This document shows, in pieces, positions 22,585-36,028 of a stretch of DNA of 42,254 nt. The notes beneath the pieces are model-generated. The model saw nothing but the letters and a program-made list of their open reading frames with translations, was not told the DNA's origin and ran no database searches. The DNA lies in the NCBI RefSeq assembly GCF_001194135.2, contig NC_068998.1, forward strand, positions 31,605,309-31,647,562, read 5' to 3'. The position numbers were made by a program, and so were the translations under genes. This DNA comes from Octopus bimaculoides (lineage: Eukaryota). How positions within the stretch are numbered: the first letter of the stretch is position 1; each line of letters begins with the position of its first letter.

Positions 22585-22645
22585 TATATATATATATATA
22601 TGATCATACAAAACCCTTTTTTACATTTTTTATTTTTATTCATAT

Positions 22646-22796
22646 ATCATCATCATCATCATCGTTTAACGTCCGCCTTCCATGCTAGCATGGGTTGGGC
22701 GATTTGACTTAGGACTGGTGAAACCGGATGGCAACACCAGGCTCCAATCTAATTTGGCAGAGTTTCTACAGCAGGATGCCCTTCCTAACGCCAACC
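22646..22796 (-). mobile_element. RTE-type 3' end with (GAT)n tail (very short LINE copy or RTE-tailed SINE)
   Basis: (CAT)n-CGTTTAACGTCCGCC..GGATGCCCTTCCTAACGCCAACC is homologous to 23547-23710 and 42015-42170. Confidence 0.8.
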
Positions 22797-23034
22797 ATAT
22801 TTATATATTTATATTTATATATTTGATCCTTTATATTGAACACTCAATATTTCATCTACATTCAATACTTTCTTTCATGGTGCCATCCATTTTTATTTTA
22901 TTTTATTTTATATTGTATATTGTATATTATATTATATATTGTATATTCCATATTCTATACCTGACATTGGTTCTGCAGGAATATAAATAAAACATAAAAA
23001 ACAGACAGTGTTGGAACTCTTTTAAACAAAATAA
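22797..23034. mobile_element. Older single arm of the same AT-rich fold-back family
   Basis: Ends ATAAAACATAAAAAACAGACAGTGTTGGAACTCTTTTAAACAAAATAA|TATATA, matching the right arm 22383-22584 at lower identity. Confidence 0.7.
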
Positions 23035-23040
23035 TATATA

Positions 23041-23297
23041 TATATACATATACATGCAAATGTGTGTGTGTGTATCTTTATATCTGTGTTTGTCCCTCCA
23101 CTGCTGCTTGACAACTTGTGTTGGTGTGTTTACATCTCTGTAACTTAACAGTTTGGTAAACAAAGCCAATAGAATAAGTATCTAGCTTAAAAATAAAAAG
23201 CAACTAAGTACTGGGGTCAATTTGTTTAACTAAAATCCTTCAAGGAGATGCTGCAGCATGGCTCATCACTGAAACAAGTTTCAGAAATAAAAGATAA
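23041..23297 (+). mobile_element. SINE-B 3' half
   Basis: GTGTTTGTCCCTCC..CTTGACAAC..GGTGTGTTTACATC..AATAGAATAAGTA..CAGCATGGCT..CTGAAACAAG aligns with 11985-12196. Confidence 0.8.
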
Positions 23298-23544
23298 AAT
23301 GGATGTAGATATATTCTCATTTGTTCTTGGTACCATGTGCTATAATGACATGGTTGCTATATCAAGTATTTCCAGGTGCTTATGCAGAATCTGTCCCTAA
23401 CCTAATTTACATAGATATAGTCAAATAGTAACAGACCTGTTAACAGTTATTTGGAGACTGAAATGTTTCACATGTATTCTGGGAAATCTTTCACTGGTTA
23501 TTCTTTTAATCCTCTGTTTCAGATTCAGTATTCTGTCAAAAGTT

Positions 23545-23546
<2 letters not shown>

Positions 23547-23577
<31 letters not shown>

Positions 23578-26535
23578 ATATCATCGTTTAACGTCTGCTT
23601 TCCATGCTGGTATGGGTTGGACCGTTTGACTGAGAACTGGCAAGCCAGGAGGTTGCACCAATCTGATCTGGCAAGGTTTCTACAGCTGGGTACCCTTCCT
23701 AATGCCAACCACTCTGAGAGTGTAATGGGTGCTTTTTACATGCCATCGACATGGGAGCCAGTCAGGTGGCACTGGCAATGACCATGCTTGAAGGGTGCTT
23801 TTTGTGTGCCACTAGTATGAGACCAGTGAGGGGGCACTGGCATCGACTATGCTTGCATGGTGCTTTTCATGTGTCACTGGCACGGGAGCCAGTCTGGTGT
23901 CACTGGCAATGACCATGCTTGAATGGTGCTTTTCATGTGCTAGTGGCATGGGTGCCAGTCAGGTGGTACTGGCATTGGCCATGACAATGATTTCACTTGA
24001 TTCAACAGGTCTTCTCAAGCACAGCATATTGCCCTATGATTGAAGGGTACTCTTAAATGGGCCAGTTATGCAACACTGGCATAGGCCACGGCTACAGTCT
24101 CACTTGGCTTGCCCAGTCTTCTCAAGCACAGCATATCTCCAAAAGTCTCGGTCACTTGTCATTGCCTCTGTGAGGCCCAACATTTGAAGGTTGTGCTTCA
24201 CCACCTCATCCCAGGTCTCCCACAGGTTCCCTCCACTGTTAGGACATAACACTTTTTCATACAGCAGTCCTCATCCATACATAACACATGACCATACCAG
24301 TGCAGTCGTCTCTCTTGCTCACCACATCTGATGCTTCTTATTTTCTCTCAGGGTGCTTACACTCTGTTGTGTATGCACACTGACATTACACATCCAGTGG
24401 AGCATACTATACTAGCTTCATTTCTTGCAAGCTTATTATCATATCCTCAGCAGCCACAGCCCATGTTTCACTGCTGTGTAGCATGGTTGTTCACACACAT
24501 GCATTATACAGTCAACCTTTCACTCTGAGTGAGAGGCCCTTTGTTACCAGCAGAGGTAGGAGCTCTCTGAACTTTGCCCAGGCTATTCTTATTCTAGTAG
24601 CTATACCCTCAGAGCATCCACCCCAGCTACTGACTTGGTCACCTAGCTAATAGAAGCTATCAACTACATCTAGTCCCCCCCCCCAGCATGTGATGGAAGC
24701 TGTTTTTTGTACATTTTCAGTGTTTATTGCCCCTGTGCATCTGCCACACACAATAAACTATCTTCCCAGTTAGTCTTCCTTTGATATTGCTGCACCTCTT
24801 ATGTGTCAATAGCTTACACTGGGTACATCTTATGGAGTTTCTACCTATGCCTTTTCTACAGATTGAGCAGGGCCATCTACTTGAGGGGATTGTGATTTGT
24901 CTACCTTCCTACTTACTAAGACTTTAGTGTTTGCTAGATTGACTCTAAGGCCCTCCAATTCTAGACCTTGCTTCCACACCCTAAACTTCATCTCTAGTGC
25001 TGGTAGTGACTCGGCTATTAGAGCAAAGTCATCAGCATAGAGGAGCTCCCAGGGAATCCTGCTTTGAATTTCTCTGTTATTGGTTGTAGGACTATGATGA
25101 ATAGGAGGCGGCTGAGGACTGAACCTTAGTGGACCCTACCCCTACTCAGAATTCTTCACTATACTCATTGCCAACCCTCACCTTACTGACAGCATCCCTG
25201 TACATGGCTTATACAGCTCTCACTAACCACTCATCTATCCCTAGTTTCCACATTTACCACCAGATAAGGGATTAGGGGACCCTGTCAAAGGCTTTCTCCA
25301 TGTCAACAAAAGCCAAGTACCGAAGTTTATCTTTGGCTAGGTATTTCTCCTGCAGCTGTCTTACCAGAAATATAGCATCAGTGGTGCTTCTCCCTGGCAC
25401 AAACGAAAACTGCATCTCATCTAAACTCTCTCTCTAATTAGTTGGGCTATGACCCTCTTGGTGACTTTGATCACCTGATCCAACAATTTGATACCTCTGT
25501 AATTATTTGTATCTAAAACGTCACTTTTACCTTTGTAGCAGCTGACTATGGTGCTGCTTCACCAGTCATTGGGTATGACACCTTTGTGTATCACCTGATT
25601 GACTATACAGGTAACTAGACTATAGCCTACCCTGCCTGATATTTTAAGCATCTCTGTGATGATTTCTGATGGGCCAGGGGCTTTCTCTGTCTTCATACCT
25701 TTAATTGCTTTATCTACCAAGGTACTATTCAGATAGCTGGTCCCTCTGTTAGGTCGATGTTCAGCAGACTCTCTTTCTCCTATTCATTCTCTTCACTTAG
25801 CAACCTTTCATAATGACATCTCAAAGTCTCTCTCCTTGCAGCCTCAGTAAATGCAAGTGAGCCATCATCCATGTGGACACATTTCTCTCCTATGACATCA
25901 TGATTCTTTCACACACACTGTCTTGCAACGTGAAACACTTCAGTTCTTTGGTCCTCATGACATAGAACTTTGGCAAATTTTTCTTTTCTGCTTCCCCACT
26001 GGCTAAGTAAACCTGTCTCTTAGCTTCCCTTCATGCGATCTGATACAGTTCTCTGCTACCACCATTCTTCCAGTCCTTCCATGCCTGTTTCTTTTCTTTA
26101 ATGGCCCTGTCAACTACATTGTCCACCACCACGTTACCTTAAGTTGAGACGGGATTTTGTACCATCCACAGATCTGGTCAGTGGCCCTCAACAGGTTGTC
26201 ACGTAGGAACCTTCAGTTGTCTTCCACATTATGTGATGCTATATCCTCCTCTTTTTTGTCAAAAGCTTTGAGTTACATCTCTAAATCTTTGTCCATTCAC
26301 AGGATCACAGGATCCTTAAGCTTCCAGACCCTTCTTTTCCATGCTGGTCATCTTCTGGATATCCATTTAGCACCGAACCTGAAGTCACTAGCTACTAACC
26401 TGCTGGGAAGGCTTTGGTATTTATAAGTAGCCATCTTTCCTGTTTTTTGGTGAGAATGTAGTCAATCTGACTAGTGTGTCCATCAGACTGGTAGATGAAT
26501 AGGGGACTGGCAGGTTTCCTGAAGTTAGTCTAATG
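23547..26535 (-). pseudogene. ~3-kb decayed RTE-clade LINE (partial APE, RT, 3'UTR, (GAT)n tail)
   Basis: Minus strand: SQIDYIL (APE end, ~26460), NNYRGIKLLDQV, QFSFVPGRSTTDAIFLVRQLQEKYL, FVDMEKAFDRVP and WELLYADDFAL (YADD at 25028-25039). Multiple stops and frameshifts. The 3'UTR carries ~66-bp tandem repeats. Confidence 0.92.
23728..23985. repeat. ~66-bp minisatellite (about 4 units) in the RTE 3'UTR
   Basis: GGTGCTT recurs at 23728, 23794, 23859 and 23925; the units contain GCCAGT-N8-ACTGGC. Confidence 0.85.
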
Positions 26536-27394
26536 TTTATACAATTCTTTGATGACACTACTAATTCAGCAGTATCAATTCCAGTTGGTTAATCCAACTG
26601 CTGTGTTATTAAAGCTGCTTCTTTAAGAAACTACTTTGATAATATAATCTTTTCTAAAGTGAATATTATTGGAAGACTTAATGGCAGAATCAAGAAAATA
26701 TGACACTTTCATTAAAAATATACAAACACAGACTTGGAGAAAAAGCATTTCATGTTACTCTACATCCTGATTTGAAGTTTTTATATAATGGAAGGCCCAT
26801 GGATATGAAACCACCAAATTGTCATTCTTTCATCTTTACAGTTCATGGAGTAAATTGAATTGATTAATATGACACAGCTGTGTCGGCAGAGTATGAAACT
26901 GCTATATGTATTTGAAATTATTTATATTGCCAATCAATCAGCAATATTCTTAAAACAGAACCTTTTGATTATTTTTGTGTATTTAAGTATGCAATAAATA
27001 TTGAATATATCTTAGCCTTTTCATTCAGAAGAAAGATTTGTGATCATTGATAACCAATTTAGTGAAATTTTGCTCATATAAATTTAATGAAAATTCTTTT
27101 GTATGCTTATTCTGTCAGTAAACCTGCTAATCATGTTTGTCTTAGAAAAGTTTCAGCTTCTGATATATTATAAAATTGTTTAGCATCTTCAATTTTGAAG
27201 CAATTATTTCTTAATATTTACGAAGCTACTTTGATAAAGCAAAATTACTTGCACCGTTGTTTTCCAATAATTCTACCCTTGACTCATTTGAGCATGTTCT
27301 TCCAGACTTTCATTCTTGATGTTATGTCCATTTATCTGACTTGCATATTATTTCTTCATCTTTGGCAAATGTAATTGCCAGTTTCAGTACTTAT

Positions 27395-28090
27395 ACAGCT
27401 CCTGTTCTGATAATATTCCTTCTGCTATTTTGCAAATGACCTCTTCTAAACTAACAAATGCTTAGTAAAATCTTCCTTTTCATCTTATTGGAAATCAGAT
27501 TCTATTATTCTTGTTTTCATAATCTGCTCTAAATACTTCTCAATCAGCATTCACATTATACAGGGTGTCCACAAGGTCTGGGTACATGGAGTAAATAAAA
27601 TCATAACATAAACAATTAAATATAAGAAATAATAATTTCTTAAAGTATGTGTTAATCCCCATGTACCCAGACTTTGTGGACACCCTGTAGTTAACAAAGT
27701 TTTTGATCAATCAAGTTTTTGTCTTGAACTTCAAATCATTTGGTCTCATTCTGAACAAACAGTACATTTTCTGTAACTTTAGATTCCACTACTGACTATC
27801 TGACTGTGATAAATGAATGGTGTGGCTGTTATTGTTTCCCTTGGAAGCATTTGATAAGGTTTGACATGCTAAGACTCTTAAGCAAACTTAAGACATGAAA
27901 TTTCTGGGGAGATCTTTAGGATTCTTGAACTTACTGGATAGAATTTTTTTAAATGACCATTTTTCTTCTACTTAATCCATATAATATAGAGTTCCTCAAG
28001 GTTGTAACCTTGATCTGATTCTTTTTGCTTTGATTTATATATAGTCTTCTGGATGATATCATGTCTAATCTTGTTACCTTGTCTAATGGT
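27395..28090 (+). mobile_element. Ancient CR1/L2-group RT fragment, interrupted by a mariner MITE
   Basis: Remnant motifs SDNIPSAIL, YWKSDSIILVF, EAFDKV*H and RVPQGCNLDLILFALIYI (compare KAFDKV.H and GVPQGS.LGP.LFLIYI). Confidence 0.6.
27561..27687. mobile_element. 127-bp Tc1/mariner MITE
   Basis: 29-bp TIRs CAGGGTGTCCACAAGGTCTGGGTACATGG / CCATGTACCCAGACTTTGTGGACACCCTG (1 mismatch), with TA TSD at 27559-60 and 27688-89. Confidence 0.92.
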
Positions 28091-28699
28091 ACTTCATATT
28101 TTTGCCTTAATAGGATGTCTGATTTGTTTGTGTGAATGGAAATGACTGGTTCTCTTCTTGAGCTGAACCTGGTTTGCCAACTTATCTATGTCCAGTAACT
28201 GATTAAATAAGTAAATGGACCTAAACAGACCACTTTCTGAGCAGTGCGAGCAACTCATAAAATGGCTTATTCGTTTATTTATTAAGGTAACAACAGAAAC
28301 ACGCGCACACACACGCGCGCGCACACGCACGCACACACACACATGCACGCACACACACACACAAACATATGTAAACAGTTATCTAGTCTGTGTTCATGCT
28401 TAAAATATTCTGCTTAAAATATTCTGGATGTAAAATAATTATGAAGGCAAGTTTCTAATAGTTACGTATATTTCCATTGTATTCTGTACCAAACGTTTGC
28501 TCTTTTCATTTTATGTCTTAACTTCTGACTTACATAGCTCCAAGTAATTTATATTCATAATTATTTGTTGAGCACTTTCTTAGTTACTTTCAATTCTGCA
28601 TATACTAAACTATTTTCCAATAACTGTAACAGAAACATTGATGATATTTCTATTTTTGTGTCTGATACTGTTCTTAATTTACTTAGTCTTTGTCATTTA

Positions 28700-29350
28700 A
28701 ACTTAATGATTCTATGAGATCTATAGCTAAATAAACCACGATGAAATTTGGTCCTCTATATCTAGCTCATCACCATCTTTTCTCCTAAGTTTGCTATTAG
28801 CACTTGTGTGAAATAGTGTTGTCATATTTGGGCCAGTACCACTGCTTTTCTTCTTCCTGTTCTTCATTGAGTTTGAAAGCAGAATTCTAGTAATGTTTTT
28901 CCTGTTTGAACTGCTAAATTTCAACCACTTGTTTATCACTAGACAGACCATTGCTTGAACATTGCATTTTTATGTCTATTCTAAAAATATTTCCATGGTC
29001 ATAATTCAGTTAAACTTTCTTATTTTGTTCCTTCTCTTATGATTATAATTTGAGTAACTCATCTTCTTTCTAATTCTCATTCTTTTATTGTTGTCCTCCT
29101 CTTGAAGGAAGAGTTTCTGTACGATGGATGGATTTTTTCATCATCTTGTTTCCCAATAAATATAATCTTAATTCTTTTAAATCTTATGTTTGTCATTTTA
29201 TGATTTTTAATATAGCCTCTTATGTGATATTTTACTTTTTCTTTTGTAAATCCCAACAAACTATGCTGTTCTTTGAAGCTTGTTAGGAGAGGCTCCCAAT
29301 AGAAAAGATCAGAAGTTAGAGCATACCAAGCATACCATCCCAACTTTTAT
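28700..29350 (-). mobile_element. Possible very old L1/Tx1-like LINE fragment
   Basis: Weak echoes only: KYHIRGYIK (compare KAYIRG) and NMTTLFHTSANSKLRRK (compare NT.FFH..AN.RRR). Confidence 0.25.
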
Positions 29351-30597
29351 TTAATTATATTTCCTTCAATCATCTGTAAATTTAGAATTTTCAAACTGTA
29401 TTATATCATAATGGGCTTCAGCGTGTAAGTGTTGAATTTGAACATTTTGGAGGAGAAATGAAATAATAATGAAGAAAGGAAAATAACTTTAGAATACTTT
29501 GGAATTTTCTTACCATAACAAACTTATGAATGTTCCTGGAAAAAGTATTAGTGAATTTGAATGATGATTCAAATAGTTTGTTCTCAGAATAATATTTTGT
29601 GTTAGATTTACTAATAGTAAAATGAATTTGTTTTTCTTTGTAAATTAAGCATAACATAACAAAAATTATTTTGATACTATATTGTAACCAATAATATTCA
29701 CTATGATTGTTGAGATAAAGAAATACCATTCAGTGAAAACTTTTCCAGTTTAGAATTTTCATTTAATGTCTACTAGTATATCAGATAGTTAGTATTTACA
29801 AAGAAGCTGGGTTGTGTAATTTGTATTTTTAAATGGTTCTGAAACATCTGTTAATCACACTTTCTGTCTTTTACTGTTTTAGCTCTTTCATTCACCTTCT
29901 AGATAGCCTTCTGGGGTAATACATGAAGAGGTCTAGTCAATTATGTAGTCCCCCAGGTTTTACCTTGTTTTTTTAGCATGCAATGTCCTTTTATAATATC
30001 TACTTATTGAACTGCTGTGTAACAGAAAATAACAAGTCATTGGACATAAACAAATAGACCAGTTTTCGAGCAGTTTCAAAGTGAAAACAGCTGTAGATAT
30101 ACATACAAGCTGTAGGAAACAAATGAAGTGATAAATATAAACAAATAAATGTGTACTATTAATGATATAGGTGATTACTTTTAATGAAAGTTTATCATTT
30201 TACAAAATATCCGTAATATATGATATTGTAATATATGATTCTGTGGTATTGGAGTTGCCACAAAAGTCCGCAATGTTTGACTCAAAAGCCTTAATGGAGG
30301 TTGCCTCCATTTTTAAGTTGGATGAACGAGTATTAATTCCTTATTGAATTCATAAGTATTTTACACATCCAGTTTGTGTTAATTCATCCACCACACACCA
30401 ACATGGAATCTTAGAAAGATGTGACCAGTTTATTGGTGATGACACAAACATGAGACTCTTTGTACTGGTCTACAACACTGCCATCAGTTGTTTATTTTTG
30501 ATCTGACTTTAATCTAATCTGACTCATATGGATGTGTATTTGAGTGTGTGTGTATGTGTGTGTGTGTGTGTTTGTTTGTAATATATAAAACCTTCAG

Positions 30598-30690
30598 GCT
30601 ATCTGGCATGACTTGGAAAATGCATATAGATCAGTTACACATATGTTGATACATACAGCATTGAAGTTTTTTGTATTCCTGATCATGTGA
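30598..30690 (+). mobile_element. Degenerate RLE-clade (HERO-like) RT fragment
   Basis: AIWHDLENAYRSVTHMLIHTALKF, then a frameshift to CIPDHV; compare W.DL.NAYGSV.H.LI..AL...IP. Homology may extend further right. Confidence 0.5.
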
Positions 30691-31566
30691 CGGAATATAA
30701 TACTATGAACCAAACCAATGCAGAATATTTCCTTGCTGTTTTCCAATAGGCAGGTGGAAAGGATAATGTGGGAGTGTCAATAAAGTAAGGTCAAGATTCT
30801 GATTTTGTATTATGCTTATAACTAGAAAGTGCAGGTGAATTTGATGAAGATGTTCATGTTCCCAAACCATATTGTAATAACAACTCAGTGTCCTGAGCTC
30901 GTGCCATAGACTGATTTGATCAAAAATGGTCTAGTTAATGCTGGTAGTGCTTTGGTAAGATAATATGGAATGGGCACATATAAAAAAAGAGCTTAAAATA
31001 TGAAAGATCTGGGGAATCATATGAGGTACAAGAATTGCAGTGTATGGTACTTTCAGTAGAGGTAGGACATTGTGGGTTCAAGGTTACAAACTTACAAGGT
31101 CCTACTTCTACTGTGCCCTACTTGGTTTAAATCAGATTTAGGAAGGACAGCAAAGAAGTGATTTACGAGCTGAAGATGGATGCAGAAAATGCTTTATTGT
31201 GGGTATTATACCCACAATATTATAGATATATGTGAAAAGAAGATCAAAGTTACATCAAGTTGTAAAATAAAGATAGTTACTGTATGGGTGAAATGGTTTT
31301 GTTGCACCCAGTTTGATGCAATGGCTGCATGTATGATTAAAGGAGAAAGTGAGTTATAATATGGACCCAAATAACTCGGACATACTCTGGAAGTATCAAT
31401 GCCGTTTGTCACTGCTGAAAGAAATGATAATGTTGAAATTGTTGAAATCATTGTCTCTAGTCCACAGCTGATACAGAGAGTGTCCTTCACAGCAACTGTA
31501 TGTAAAATGATGATGATGATGACAATGAAGAGGACAACAGAAATGGCAATGATGACAGAATGTATG

Positions 31567-31608
<42 letters not shown>

Positions 31609-32961
31609 CTCTGTGTGTGTGTGTGTGTGCATATGTATACACTCACACACATATATGTATGTATACATATGAATAAATATAGATATATATACTTACATGC
31701 ATGCACACACACATATAGTGTACTCAAATTTATATATATATATATATATGTAAACTAAAATAGAACAGGCAATTGATTGCAGCTGAATCAATCGGCTAAA
31801 GTAAGTTCAAGGAGTTAACAAGATAGTTATCTCTCTCATTCATATAATTTCTCTAAAAGATGTAAAAACAATCAATGGTTAATGTGAAGAAATAACCTAT
31901 TTACATTTGTTATAATGTAGCAAGAATTGTGTCTATTACAAAAGTTTATTGCTATAGGGTTGGGGACCTTCTGTTACTAGGCACAGAAATATAAATGAGT
32001 GCAATCGATTTTTTAGTTTTGAAAATTGCTTTATTTCCTTTATTTTGATTGAGTTATTGAATGTAAATATGTTTGGGATTGGCAGTTGCATTTTATCAAT
32101 ACTTAACAATAAATGGATACCTCATTGGAGTAAATTTCTTTGCTACACTTAGTTGTGGTAACCCTAGAACATTTGGTGGTGAGATGTACAGGGGTAAAGC
32201 AGTACTGACCAGTATTTTGTTTATAAAATAAACTAAATGGAGCACTATTAGTTCAGCTGATGAGCATTCAGTTGTTCTATCCACTAATGTATCTACTCAT
32301 TGGATTAATGTGTAGGTGTATGAACATTCCACAGAGAGGTGTACCCATAACTTAATTTTCAACATGAATCAACATGAACCCTTCAGCCATACTGCATTCA
32401 CTACCTTGTAATACTGAACTGAAATATTTGTTGTGGTTATTGAGAATGGAATCGAGAAATCACTATAAGAAATCTTACTTTGAAACATAATCTAATGATG
32501 AAGGCTTCAGTGTTGAGTCATGTCAATAGCTTGCATTACAATTTGATATGTATATCTAAATAGATTAGAGTAGACAGTCGAATGAAAAATATTTATCAGA
32601 AAGAGAGTGAGAGTATGATAATGTAAATTGTGGTTAGTAGAGCGAATAGTCACTAGATGTCAATAATGTTTTATTTTGCAGTTGGTTTTCCGATAATTTA
32701 AAAATTCTTTACTAAAATGATTTAAACAAAACTTACAGAGGGTGGAGAGTACTTGTTGCTTGATCTTGAAGATGTTTTTTGTTTGAATATGAAGGACTTA
32801 TTAAAATTCTTCAGGCAATCACATTTCATAGTTTATTAATCAAAATCAAACTGTTTTATGAAAACTTCTACAGAAATGTTTGCTAGTTCACTGTTACCAG
32901 CCTTCTACAATTATCCAGTTTATTGATTTCAATTCAAAGATAAAATGAAAATTATAGTAAT

Positions 32962-33160
32962 GATAATGGCTTCTAACTTAGGTGCAAAGTTACAAGTTTT
33001 GTGGTTGGCTATTGTAGATTAAATTAACTACAGTATTTCACTGGTACTTTTGTCCTTTTTCAATAAGAAAAAAAGTCAACTTTGAAACAGAAATTAATAG
33101 AATAGAAGCAAACCATTGTAAGACATTTTGCCAGACCCTCAACTGATTCTTCTATCTAAT
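32962..33160 (-). mobile_element. Highly diverged SINE-A copy
   Basis: TAGATTAAATTAAC..CAGTATTTCACTGGTACTT..AAAGTCAAC..AAGACATTTTGCC follows the reverse complement of SINE-A. Confidence 0.4.
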
Positions 33161-33205
33161 GCCGTTGATGTAATTCCCTAATAATGATGATGATAATGAT
33201 GATGA

Positions 33206-33890
33206 TGGTTCCATGACCAACGATCTTATGGGAGACAGATGCTGGCTATCAGATTGAAAACAGAGGTCTGAGGAATAATCATCTACTTTTCATGGATGAC
33301 CTGAAGCTCTTTGGTAAGAATGGATCACAGTTTGATTCACTGGTCAGAACTGTGCATTAGTGCTGTGAAGACATTAGGATGAAGTTTGGTACTGCATAGT
33401 GTACCACCCTCTCTATGAAAAGAAGTAAGAACATAGTGGAACTGAATTACCTGATTGAGAGTCAGTTGGTGAACCTGAGGATAGTGGGTGCAAATATCTG
33501 GGCATTTTGTTAATAGTCAAAGTTCTAAGTGAGAAAATGAAAGGAAGTGTGAAGGAAATTTAACTAAACAGGTTAGAACTACTGCTGAAAAGGAAATTGA
33601 ATGGGTTGAACTTGATTACTGCTGTCAAAGTCTGAACTCAGGCAACTACTGGATATAGTGTGGCTATTTTAAATAGGATTAAAGATGAAATAGACAAGTT
33701 AAATAGGTTAACGTGAATGAAAATGCTTGACAATAGTGCATTGCACCCAAGGGCAAATATTAAAAGTTATAATGCTATATACACTATGGAACATAGGAGG
33801 ATGGGAACTTATATGTGAAAAATTGTGTGACTAACGGATGCAAGTGTTTAGATTTGTATTTGGCCAGTACCCAAGCAGTGGGCTTACTAG
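33206..33890 (+). mobile_element. Degenerate R4/Dong-like RT fragment
   Basis: AGYQIENRGLRNNHLLFMDDLKLFGKN (FMDD at 33289-33300), MKFG, KYLGI and ALHPRANI; preceded by a (AAT/GAT)n tract. Confidence 0.75.
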
Positions 33891-34764
33891 ACAAACAAAA
33901 AGTAATTGGCTAAATATTCCTAAATACATTCAGCCTAGTGGTCATATGAATAAGTATGAGTACAAATACCTAAATTAATTAAATCATTACAATTTAATTC
34001 CTTGCTAATTATTATTATTGCTGCAGATGCAGGCTCATACTACAGTTTGCTTAATAATACTTAATATATATTATTATACTATTATCATGACTAACATTGT
34101 CATTATATCAACCCATGCTTGGGTACACATGATACTCTCACTCCCTCTTTTCTAAACCTATTGGCATACCCCGCTATCGTAAATTTTTGATTTTACTTTT
34201 TTATTACTTATACACCATGTTACCACCATAGAAAAATTAACCCACCAATTAATATTTTAAGTTTAGTCGTTTACTCAATGTCCTGAAGTGACACATATGC
34301 AAAATGGTATGATTTAAATATATTAAGCCTTTCATCTTCCTGAGGTTCTTCTTTTCTTTTCTTTTCTTTCGTGTATTTTTCTTCACTTCGATGATGCTCC
34401 ATGTTCCAGATAGGATGTGTTACCAAATATGATGAATATTATTTTCAGAACTTTCAATGGCAATACCATAGAACATTAGAAGTAGACGCGGCTGTTAGAT
34501 GGGGTACAGTCTATTTGTATTAAAAAGCAATAATTGATGTTAGTCGATTGTTGATGATCAATATTTCTCCATTTTCTGTTTACTTTAAATTTGATTCCTG
34601 ATAAACTCATGTTTATCTTTGTCATTGCCTGTAATCTATGAGCATAATATGCTTACATATGTATGTCCAGGGTTAACATAGGTAATTATACCAGTAATAA
34701 AATGGATACTTTTATCCCTTAGATGGTTATTCCAACCTCTAACTCTACTAGCCTTATATGTATT

Positions 34765-34809
<45 letters not shown>

Positions 34810-34823
34810 AATGTATGTATTTT

Positions 34824-34870
<47 letters not shown>

Positions 34871-35335
34871 GTATATTTTTTTCTTTTGAATATCAAAGAC
34901 AAGTGAGGAATAGGTATAATATACATTTGAAACTATCTTTTCTTCCATTTTTCTATTACACTTTCTCCTCCTTTTTCTTCTTAATTTATAAAATTATTTT
35001 GCTTGATAGAATAGTTGGTTTACAGAACAGTTAATTACACACTACACACAGTTACACTTTTGAACTAAATTCAATTGGTGTTCAATATCTGACCACCCAG
35101 TCTTCAAGCTTTAGGACTTAAACACAGTCCCAATTTAAATGCCTTGTGAGTTTTGTTCAGAAAACAATACCTAACCAATATATTGAACGGAATTTTTTCT
35201 CTCTGATACATTGAGACTTTGTTATTATTTTATAGAAACTCTCATATATTCACAGGCCTTCTTTTACTCACTCACTGAACATCTAATATTCCAATCTGAC
35301 AATAATAGTTCAACACCTTCACAATATTATATATA

Positions 35336-35788
35336 CTAGATGTGTTCAAAAAGTATCTGACTTTATTTTTTCCCATCAAAACTAATGCTACATGGGCAAA
35401 ATCCTTTGGGTGGGAAGTGGTACAACTCTTCCTATGCATTTGTGAAAATCTTTGTGCCAGTAGGCTTCATCAGTTTCTGTGTGTTATGCCTAGAATACAA
35501 ATGTGAAGTGCATGCTTGTCGGTTTTTATTTTCACCTCTCATCAAACAGAAACATTAGTAATACTCAAGCTGAAACCATCCAGCAAGCCATTGGTGATGA
35601 TGCCATGAGCAAAACTCAGATCAAGGAGTGGTATAACTGTTTCAAATATAGGTGTACCTCAGTAGAGAGCAAGGCACACTCAGCAGGCCATCCACAAGTT
35701 GAAACAAGGAGCTAACTGAAAAGCTTCAGCAAATGGTCATGAAAGACTGTCATTTAACAATTCAGGAAATCGTTCATGAAGTTCATAC
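35336..35788 (+). mobile_element. Mariner transposon 5' fragment (TIR and decayed HTH region of the transposase)
   Basis: TA|CTAGATGTGTTCAAAAAGTATC TIR-like start; translation IQQAIGDDAMSKTQIKEWYNCFK..TSVESKAHSAGHP..KD.HLTIQEI matches the mariner N-terminus. Confidence 0.8.
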
Positions 35789-35826
35789 TTTTCACCATGA
35801 CTATGACTTTTACCTTTCCCTTTCAA

Positions 35827-36028
35827 CCCTTTAGCATTCAAGTTATTCTGTCAAATGTAATGCTTATTTATTTACAATATTTTGAATTAATCTTGCACAA
35901 TCTCATAGCTTTGAAATTTTGATGATGTGATTTAGAATAACATTGTAGGGTAGGCATGAGAGGCCAGATCTGGCTGGTGTGAACATAAAACAGGTAGAAT
36001 ATTTTGGCCAGATATGGCCAGTTTAAAT
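35827..36028. mobile_element. piggyBac-like MITE, right end lost
   Basis: Starts (T)CAA|CCCTTTAGCATTC (CCCT terminus with a decayed TTAA). The right part ends GGCCAGTTTAAAT before the expected complementary TIR. Internal repeats GGCCAGATCTGGC / GGCCAGATATGGCC. Confidence 0.55.

Noticed and set aside
23728-23985. CRISPR-like array
   Set aside because: The units are contiguous degenerate tandem repeats with no unique spacers, inside a eukaryotic LINE 3'UTR, and no cas genes are present.
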